Positions 1 to 4,733 of a DNA stretch of 26,138 nt are shown one piece after another. The notes under the pieces were generated by a model. The model did no database searches. It was not told where the DNA came from and saw only the letters and a list, made by a program, of their open reading frames with translations. The position numbers and the translations under genes are program-made. How positions within the stretch are numbered: position 1 is the stretch's first letter; each line of letters begins with the position of its first letter. Origin of the DNA: a virus (Duplodnaviria; Caudoviricetes); IMG/VR virus record IMGVR_UViG_3300032219_001109, positions 1 to 26,138 of that record. The stretch is one strand, 5' to 3'.

Positions 1-483
1 AAACTTAGACCTTGGGACAATCCTGAAGATATGGATGAAGAAATGATAAAGCGTTGGAACGAAACAGTTCGTCCTAACGATAAAGTTTATCATCTAGGCG
101 ATGTTGTGATTAATCGTAAGGCACTTGTAACGCTAAGTAGATTAAATGGTGATAAAGTTCTAATACGTGGTAACCACGATATCTTTAGAGATGATGAGTA
201 TCGCAAATATTTTCGTGAACTACGTGCATATCATGTAATGAATGGAATGATTCTTAGTCATATTCCAATTCACTCAGATAGTCTAGGTCGTTTTGGTACT
301 AACATACACGGCCATCTTCATGCTAATCGTGTAATGAAAGATAGTGTGATCGATGTTCGTTATCATTCCGTGTGCGTAGAACAAACAGATTTTAAACCTA
401 TACTGTTTGAAGATGTTATTAAAAAGATTGAAGCAGAAGGCGGTACAATAGGATTTCAAAACGGTAACGGTCCTACAATGTAA
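1..483 (+). CDS. Calcineurin-like metallophosphoesterase, 5'-truncated by the window edge
   Basis: Frame is open from base 1 (KLRPWDNPEDMDEEM...). Metallophosphoesterase motifs HLGD, RGNHD, SH and HGHLH are present. Confidence 0.88.
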   Translation, partial: KLRPWDNPEDMDEEMIKRWNETVRPNDKVYHLGDVVINRKALVTLSRLNGDKVLIRGNHDIFRDDEYRKYFRELRAYHVMNGMILSHIPIHSDSLGRFGTNIHGHLHANRVMKDSVIDVRYHSVCVEQTDFKPILFEDVIKKIEAEGGTIGFQNGNGPTM

Positions 484-487
484 AAAT

Positions 488-563
488 GGTGTCTATAGTG
501 TAGTGGTTCGCACACTAGTCTGTGGAACTGGAAGAATGAGTTCGATCCTCATTAGACACCCCA
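488..563 (+). tRNA. tRNA-His(GTG)
   Basis: Acceptor GTGTCTA/TAGACAC, encoded G-1 opposite C73, anticodon loop CT-GTG-GA, T-loop TTCGATC, encoded CCA. Confidence 0.95.
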
Positions 564-590
564 ATATTATTTTTTAAAAGGAGACCTGTC

Positions 591-629
591 ATGGATAGTG
601 ACAAGAGTGACAAGACTATGGGTGCGTAA
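591..629 (+). CDS. Possible 12-aa mini-ORF (MDSDKSDKTMGA) ending inside tRNA-Lys
   Basis: AAGGAG at 578-583, ATG at 591, TAA at 627-629 within the tRNA 5' end. Confidence 0.3.
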   Translation: MDSDKSDKTMGA

Positions 630-694
630 CTCAGAGGCAGAGTAACCGGCTTTTAACCGGTAAGTCGAGATTTCGAAATTCTCCGCACCTACCA
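620..694 (+). tRNA. tRNA-Lys(TTT)
   Basis: GGGTGCG/CGCACCT acceptor, ACCGG-CT-TTT-AA-CCGGT anticodon arm, TTCGAAA T-loop, ACCA end. Confidence 0.95.
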
Positions 695-804
695 TAGTAA
701 AGCATATTTCAGGTTGGACTATTTCTATAGGATAGTTATTTGGGTCGGTAGATAGGATTTGATGCCTAATCGAGACTAAGATACGGAGTATGCTTTACTA
801 TGGT
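691..804 (+). ncRNA. Unidentified structured RNA element closed by a 20-bp stem
   Basis: 691-710 ACCATAGTAAAGCATATTTC pairs with 785-804 GGAGTATGCTTTACTATGGT (18 Watson-Crick plus 2 G-U). Internal hairpins at 717-737 and about 743-776. Confidence 0.6.
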
Positions 805-809
805 TTTGA

Positions 810-885
810 TGGAGATTCGCCAAGTTGGTAAGGCATCGGATTTTGATTCCGACATTCACAGGTTCGAGTCCTGTATCTCCTACCA
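810..885 (+). tRNA. tRNA-Gln(TTG)
   Basis: TCGGA-TT-TTG-AT-TCCGA anticodon arm, TTCGAGT T-loop, GGAGAT/ATCTCC acceptor with an unpaired 1:72 position, ACCA end. Confidence 0.93.
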
Positions 886-892
886 AGAATAT

Positions 893-967
893 GGTCTCAA
901 AGTGTTCATGGACGCACATATGCCTGTCACGCATAAAGAAGGGGATCGTTACCCCTTGAGACCGCCA
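893..967 (+). tRNA. tRNA-Asp(GTC)
   Basis: GGTCTCA/TGAGACC acceptor, TATGC-CT-GTC-AC-GCATA anticodon arm, G73, CCA. Non-canonical T-loop ATCGTTA. Confidence 0.92.
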
Positions 968-1176
968 TGCCCCGTCGGAGTAACGTCTGGCTACTGTGAC
1001 CCGCAGGAAGTGAAATGAGTTCGTCACTCATGGGTGGTACTGTTCAAACCGAAACAGCGTTGGCAATACGAGAATCCTCTCTGGTTGGGGAGCGGGTGGA
1101 GGCTGTAGAAGTATTCCCCTTGAAAGAGGACATGTTTACTGATACGGTATAATTACCGCCGCAGAGAGGAAGCACC
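968..1176 (+). ncRNA. Unidentified multi-stem ncRNA (about 210 nt) between tRNA-Asp and tRNA-Asn
   Basis: GC-rich with no tRNA cloverleaf. Stems 1075-1083/1162-1170, 1092-1099/1153-1159, 1102-1107/1143-1148, 1015-1020/1026-1031, 999-1002/1032-1035, 1040-1044/1053-1057, and a GAAA-capped hairpin at 1118-1129. Confidence 0.7.
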
Positions 1177-1179
1177 TAT

Positions 1180-1258
1180 TCCGCAGAACCCGAGCAAGGT
1201 GCATGGGCGTGACTGTTAATCACTGGCTAGTAGAGTTCGATTCTCTAATGCGGAGCCA
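1180..1258 (+). tRNA. tRNA-Asn(GTT), atypical
   Basis: TCCGCA/TGCGGA acceptor, GTGA-CT-GTT-AA-TCAC anticodon arm, TTCGATT T-loop, GCCA end. Enlarged D-loop. Confidence 0.85.
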
Positions 1259-1265
1259 AGTTTTA

Positions 1266-1350
1266 GGGTGATATGGAACAATGGCGTTCTAGCGGGCTGT
1301 AACCCCGTGGTCTTTATGGCAGGTAGGTTCGATCCCTACATCACCCACCA
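1266..1350 (+). tRNA. tRNA-Tyr(GTA)
   Basis: GGGTGAT/ATCACCC acceptor, GCGGG-CT-GTA-AC-CCCGT anticodon arm, long variable arm, TTCGATC T-loop, ACCA end. Confidence 0.92.
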
Positions 1351-1352
1351 AT

Positions 1353-1427
1353 GGGCTGTTAGTGCTAATGGGAACACATCTGGTTTGCAACCAGAAATTG
1401 AGAGTTCGATTCTCTCACGGTCCACCA
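1353..1427 (+). tRNA. tRNA-Ala(TGC)
   Basis: Anticodon arm TCTGG-TT-TGC-AA-CCAGA. G3:U70 Ala identity pair in GGGCTGT/ACGGTCC, A73, CCA. Confidence 0.94.
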
Positions 1428-1445
1428 TAAATATTTAAATAGTAT

Positions 1446-1519
1446 GCTCTTTTAGTTAAATGGAATAACACTTGCCTTGTAAGCATGAATTGGTGGTTCG
1501 ATTCCATCAAGGAGCACCA
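1446..1519 (+). tRNA. tRNA-Thr(TGT)
   Basis: GCTCTTT/AAGGAGC acceptor, loop CT-TGT-AA, TTCGATT T-loop, ACCA end. Confidence 0.92.
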
Positions 1520-1528
1520 AAGTTTTTT

Positions 1529-1602
1529 GCGGGATTAGTTTAATGGTAAAACTAGAGATTTCCAATCTTTCGTTATCAGTTCGATTCTGATATCCCGCTC
1601 CA
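1529..1602 (+). tRNA. tRNA-Gly(TCC)
   Basis: GCGGGAT/ATCCCGC acceptor, loop TT-TCC-AA, U73, CCA. Confidence 0.95.
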
Positions 1603-1609
1603 GTTTTAT

Positions 1610-1685
1610 CTGAGTATAGTGTAGCCCGGCAACATACCTGCTTTGGGAGCAGGCGTCCAAGGTTCAAATCCTTGTACTCAGACCA
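1610..1685 (+). tRNA. tRNA-Pro(TGG)
   Basis: CTGAGTA/TACTCAG acceptor, CCTGC-TT-TGG-GA-GCAGG anticodon arm, TTCAAAT T-loop, ACCA end. Confidence 0.95.
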
Positions 1686-1688
1686 TAA

Positions 1689-1763
1689 GGTAATGTAGCA
1701 CAATGGTAGTGCAGCACCTTCATACGGTGTGTGTTGGGAGTTCAAGTCTCTCCATTACCACCA
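1689..1763 (+). tRNA. tRNA with CAT anticodon (elongator Met or lysidine-modified Ile2)
   Basis: GGTAATG/CATTACC acceptor, GCACC-TT-CAT-AC-GGTGT anticodon arm, ACCA end. Met versus Ile2 cannot be resolved by eye. Confidence 0.9.
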
Positions 1764-1765
1764 AG

Positions 1766-1801
1766 TTTAAGTTTACAGTAGTATGTTTTTAAGTTTACAG
1801 T
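1766..1801 (+). repeat. 14-bp direct repeat TTTAAGTTTACAGT x2 in a tRNA spacer
   Basis: Copies at 1766-1779 and 1788-1801. Confidence 0.8.
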
Positions 1802-1876
1802 CGGTCTTTAGTAAAATGGATATTACGGGTGGCTACGGACCATCAAGTGGGAGTTCGATTCTCTCAGGACCGGCCA
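1802..1876 (+). tRNA. tRNA-Arg(ACG)
   Basis: CGGTCTT/AGGACCG acceptor, GGTGG-CT-ACG-GA-CCATC anticodon arm, TTCGATT T-loop, GCCA end. Confidence 0.93.
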
Positions 1877-1883
1877 ATATTAT

Positions 1884-1957
1884 CCTCTCTTAGCTTAAAG
1901 GTAGAGCACCCGCTTGATAAGCGGTAGACGTTGGATCGTTACCATCAGAGAGGACCA
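1884..1957 (+). tRNA. tRNA-Ile(GAT)
   Basis: CCTCTCT/AGAGAGG acceptor, loop TT-GAT-AA, non-canonical T-loop ATCGTTA, ACCA end. Confidence 0.9.
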
Positions 1958-1974
1958 AATAAGGAGTTAAATAT

Positions 1975-2142
1975 TTGTCTGATGGTGGTAAAGGAAGTAA
2001 TCCTAGACCGTTTAGTGTCGATCAAAAGACATATCAAAACAACTGGGATAATATCTTCAAAAAGAAAGATTTGAAATGTAAATGTGAAAGTTGTAAATGT
2101 GATACAAAAAAAGATAAAAAAGACAATCTCGGTGTGATGTAA
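1975..2142 (+). CDS. 55-aa small protein (MSDGGKGSNPRPFSVDQKTYQNNWDNIFKKK...CKCESCKC...), not in the ORF track
   Basis: AAGGAG at 1961-1966, TTG start, open frame to TAA at 2140-2142. The GGKGS..RP.....W..IF pattern resembles small phage proteins I recall. Confidence 0.7.
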   Translation: MSDGGKGSNPRPFSVDQKTYQNNWDNIFKKKDLKCKCESCKCDTKKDKKDNLGVM

Positions 2143-2201
2143 TGGTAGCATCGCAGTCTCCAAAACTGTTCGTTGCGGTTCGAGTCCGTACACCGAGGCC
2201 A
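2128..2201 (+). tRNA. tRNA-Trp(CCA)
   Basis: CTCGGTG/CACCGAG acceptor, GCAGT-CT-CCA-AA-ACTGT anticodon arm, G73, CCA. Confidence 0.94.
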
Positions 2202-2214
2202 AATAAGAAAAATC

Positions 2215-2685
2215 ATGAAAAAATTAAATCTTCAAGAAGTCAAAGATTTTATTCAAGCACAATCACCTGAAACAAAAATTTATTTAGGTGCTGACTCTGA
2301 AAGATTTAATCAAGGTGATGCGTGGTACGCCGACTACACTCTTGCTGTAGTTGTACATATTGATGGTTGTCATGGTTGTAAAATATTTGGTGAAGTACAA
2401 AGAGAAAGAGATTATGATCAACGCAAGGATCGTCCATCTATGCGTTTAATGAATGAGGTTTACAAAGTATCAGAGTTGTTTCATAGTCTTGCTGATGTAT
2501 TAGAAGATAGACATGTTGAAGTGCATCTTGACATTAACCCAAATGAAATGTATGGTTCATCTTGTGTAATTCAACAAGCAGTAGGTTATATTCGTGGTAC
2601 ATGTAATGTGATACCTATGGTTAAACCAAAGGCGTTTGCAGCATCTTATGCCGCAGATAGATTGAAGTTCGTATTAGCAACATAA
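2215..2685 (+). CDS. RNase H-like YkuK/DUF458-family protein
   Basis: Motifs IYLGADS, R(L)MNEV, VEVHLDIN and KP.AFAASYAAD. The real start is probably ATG 2215, because the track start at 2173 lies inside tRNA-Trp. Confidence 0.8.
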   Translation: MKKLNLQEVKDFIQAQSPETKIYLGADSERFNQGDAWYADYTLAVVVHIDGCHGCKIFGEVQRERDYDQRKDRPSMRLMNEVYKVSELFHSLADVLEDRHVEVHLDINPNEMYGSSCVIQQAVGYIRGTCNVIPMVKPKAFAASYAADRLKFVLAT

Positions 2686-2700
2686 CTAAAAGGATTTATA

Positions 2701-2943
2701 ATGTATAAACCACTACGTGATAATATTATTGTAGAGAAACTAGAAAAAGATTTAACAACTGCTTCTGGAATTATTTTAAAGTCAAATGATGATGCAGATA
2801 AAGCAAAAGTAATTGCAATTGGTCCTGATGTAACTGACGTTGCATTAAATGAAGTTCTTTTAGTTAATTGGAACAAAGCAAAAAAAATAGAAAACGATAC
2901 ATATCAAATTAACATTCAAGATGTTATTGGTGTGTTTGACTAA
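2701..2943 (+). CDS. groES: Co-chaperonin GroES/Cpn10
   Basis: KPLRDNIIV, TASGIIL mobile loop, AKVIAIGP, C-terminal DVIGV. Confidence 0.9.
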   Translation: MYKPLRDNIIVEKLEKDLTTASGIILKSNDDADKAKVIAIGPDVTDVALNEVLLVNWNKAKKIENDTYQINIQDVIGVFD

Positions 2944-3019
2944 GCACCTTTAGCTGATGTGGTCATAGCAACGGTTTGAAGAACCGTGGAACTAGGTTCG
3001 ATCCCTAGAGGGTGCACCA
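2944..3019 (+). tRNA. tRNA-Phe(GAA)
   Basis: GCACCTT/AGGGTGC acceptor, ACGGT-TT-GAA-GA-ACCGT anticodon arm, TTCGATC T-loop, ACCA end. Confidence 0.94.
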
Positions 3020-3165
3020 TATAATTTATTCCAATCGATAGGAATAAAAGCTTTATTTTGATCTTGATTATAAATTGGTACAAACTTATTGGCTTTAGTA
3101 TTGCTTGTGCAATGAGCATGTACTCCAATAGTTCTTTCGTAGTAATCAAAATTTTCGTATGTCAT
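2992..3165 (-). CDS. Possible 57-aa minus-strand protein (MTYENFDYYERTIGVHAHC...IPIDWNKLYGAPSRDRT)
   Basis: ATG at 3165 and an open frame that fills the otherwise unexplained AT-rich spacer, ending antisense to tRNA-Phe. No clear Shine-Dalgarno site. Confidence 0.4.
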   Translation of the reverse strand: MTYENFDYYERTIGVHAHCTSNTKANKFVPIYNQDQNKAFIPIDWNKLYGAPSRDRT

Positions 3166-3202
3166 ATTAATATTTTAGAAGTCAGTCTTTAATAGTATAT
3201 AT

Positions 3203-3279
3203 GCCCTGGTGACGGAACTGGTATACGTGTTGGTCTTAGAAGCCAAATTTTAGGAGTTCGACTCTCCTCTAGGGCACCA
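3203..3279 (+). tRNA. tRNA-Leu(TAG) with a short variable loop
   Basis: GCCCTGG/CTAGGGC acceptor, TTGGT-CT-TAG-AA-GCCAA anticodon arm, 5-nt variable region, A73, CCA. Confidence 0.9.
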
Positions 3280-3283
3280 AATA

Positions 3284-3366
3284 GCGAGTATGATGAAATT
3301 GGTATACATAGGAGACTTAAAATCTCCCGCTTCGGCGTCCCGGTTCGAGTCCGGGTACTCGCACCA
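3284..3366 (+). tRNA. tRNA-Leu(TAA)
   Basis: GCGAGTA/TACTCGC acceptor, GGAGA-CT-TAA-AA-TCTCC anticodon arm, variable arm with a TTCG loop, ACCA end. Confidence 0.95.
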
Positions 3367-3378
3367 CTAAATACATAT

Positions 3379-3452
3379 TGCGGATTGGTGAAATGGTATC
3401 ACAGAGGACTCATAATCCTCAATTCCTTGTTCGAATCTTGGGTCCGCAACCA
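3379..3452 (+). tRNA. tRNA-Met(CAT), initiator-like
   Basis: TGCGGAT/GTCCGCA acceptor resembles fMet tRNAs. GAGGA-CT-CAT-AA-TCCTC anticodon arm, ACCA end, imperfect T-stem. Confidence 0.85.
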
Positions 3453-3462
3453 ATTATAAATT

Positions 3463-4251
3463 TTATTTTTTTATTGGTATTTCACAATCTATCCATTTTA
3501 AATTATTATAATGATTATACAACCAACCACCTTTAGGAAGTAAACATCTTCCTAGTTCTGGGGAATGTTCTATTCGTATCTGAACTACCGCCCAAACTAA
3601 CCAAACAATATAAACTATGAATATTGCAGTTATTCCATATTTCCATGCGTCACATCTTATTTTTTGAATTCTTCTTTGTCTGATAATTTCTGATTTTGCT
3701 TGTTGCTGCATTTTTTCAGCAATTATTATAGACTGTTCTTCTCCCACTACCTCCATCATTGCTTGTACTTCAGTCCATAATGCACCTAACTCTTTAGGAC
3801 TTTCATACACCATAATCTCACGTAATTCTGCACCCATAGCGTCTAACTGTTTTTTAAGTAAAACACGCTGTAAAGCACGTTTACCTATACTATCTTCACC
3901 AGTATAAACTTCGGTTTTACTACGGCGTTCTTCTTCTCTAAATATTGCGTTACATTTATGAAGATTATCAAAATAGACACCTAGTTGTTGTCCAATATCT
4001 GTATAGATACTAGATGTGTCTCCGTCTCTTTTGTTCAGATCAATAACACGATTCTTTTCTTGAATGTATTGATTGTGTTCGGCTACAGTTGGAGGTCTAT
4101 CTCTATGGGCGGTATGAAACTGGTCCTCTAAGTCTTTAAGGACACCTTTAATATCTCCAGAAGCAGATTTAATATCTTTATACAGCTTGCAACCTTCTTT
4201 TACAAGCTTTACGGCGCCATTTGCCAACGCAAATAAAGTTAATGGATCCAT
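3463..4251 (-). CDS. Hypothetical helical protein with a C-terminal transmembrane segment
   Basis: 262-aa ORF with GGAG Shine-Dalgarno, hydrophobic stretch YGITAIFIVYIVWLVWAVV, and an upstream TATAAATA on the same strand. Confidence 0.85.
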   Translation of the reverse strand: MDPLTLFALANGAVKLVKEGCKLYKDIKSASGDIKGVLKDLEDQFHTAHRDRPPTVAEHNQYIQEKNRVIDLNKRDGDTSSIYTDIGQQLGVYFDNLHKCNAIFREEERRSKTEVYTGEDSIGKRALQRVLLKKQLDAMGAELREIMVYESPKELGALWTEVQAMMEVVGEEQSIIIAEKMQQQAKSEIIRQRRIQKIRCDAWKYGITAIFIVYIVWLVWAVVQIRIEHSPELGRCLLPKGGWLYNHYNNLKWIDCEIPIKK

Positions 4252-4346
4252 TTTCTCCGCATAAGGTTATCATAACGAAGAAAATTAATGTATTATTTTA
4301 ACTTCAGAGTCATTTTGGAATGGTTAACGAAATGAACTACTCATAG

Positions 4347-4354
4347 TATTTATA
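4347..4354 (-). promoter_or_regulatory. T4-type late promoter TATAAATA
   Basis: The + strand reads TATTTATA, about 95 bp upstream of the minus-strand ORF. Confidence 0.65.
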
Positions 4355-4366
4355 CCATAAAAATCA

Positions 4367-4395
4367 TTGCTTTATCTTAAAAAACATGTTATACT
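4367..4395 (+). promoter_or_regulatory. Sigma70-like early/middle promoter for the replication block
   Basis: TTGCTT, 17 nt, then TATACT with a TG extended -10. The -35 context ATTGCTTTA also resembles a MotA box. Confidence 0.6.
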
Positions 4396-4421
4396 AATAA
4401 AACTTATTTTGAGGAGAAACT

Positions 4422-4733
4422 ATGGAAAACATTATTGTATTGAAACTTGTCACCGGAGAAGATATTCTGGCACAAATTGACGAAGATGAAACAAATGTAA
4501 TTATTACCAATCCTGTCAGAATTGCTATGGTACCAGGACAGAACGGTCAACCAAACATTGGTTTTGCTCCGTGGCCAACTCATGCTGGTCAGGAAAAAGA
4601 TGCTGAATTTGTTATCTCAAAAAAACATGTGGTCTATTCATATGCACCAGCAGAAGAATATTTAAACAATTATAATCAAATCTTTGGATCAGGTATCGTA
4701 GTTCCACCAACTAAACAAATCATCACAGGCTAA
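4422..4733 (+). CDS. Small beta-rich (Sm-like) protein typical upstream of T4-like DNA polymerase genes
   Basis: LKLVTGEDILA...NP...FAPW...Y...FGSGIVVP pattern, with a GAGGAG Shine-Dalgarno. Confidence 0.75.
   Translation: MENIIVLKLVTGEDILAQIDEDETNVIITNPVRIAMVPGQNGQPNIGFAPWPTHAGQEKDAEFVISKKHVVYSYAPAEEYLNNYNQIFGSGIVVPPTKQIITG

Noticed and set aside
1163-1195. GAGGAAG...CAGAACCCG resemblance to RNase P RNA conserved regions
   Set aside because: No GAGGAAAGTCC motif, the spacing is far too short, and the second part is the 5' end of tRNA-Asn.
1353-1427. Reading the loop TTTGCAA as a Cys (GCA) anticodon
   Set aside because: The 7-nt loop centres on TGC, and G3:U70 plus A73 indicate Ala.
2173-2214. 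N-terminal extension of the YkuK-like ORF given in the track
   Set aside because: It starts inside tRNA-Trp. ATG 2215 is the sensible start.
776-2216. Track ORFs 776-1027, 800-1018, 1452-1745, 1945-2202 and 2034-2216
   Set aside because: They overlap clear tRNA cloverleaves or the structured RNA and lack ribosome-binding sites, so they are shadow ORFs.
2940-3149. Minus-strand 69-aa track ORF and the hairpin TTTATTCC/GGAATAAA (3025-3048) as a terminator
   Set aside because: The ORF spans the entire tRNA-Phe antisense. The hairpin is AT-rich with no clean U-tract, too weak to call.
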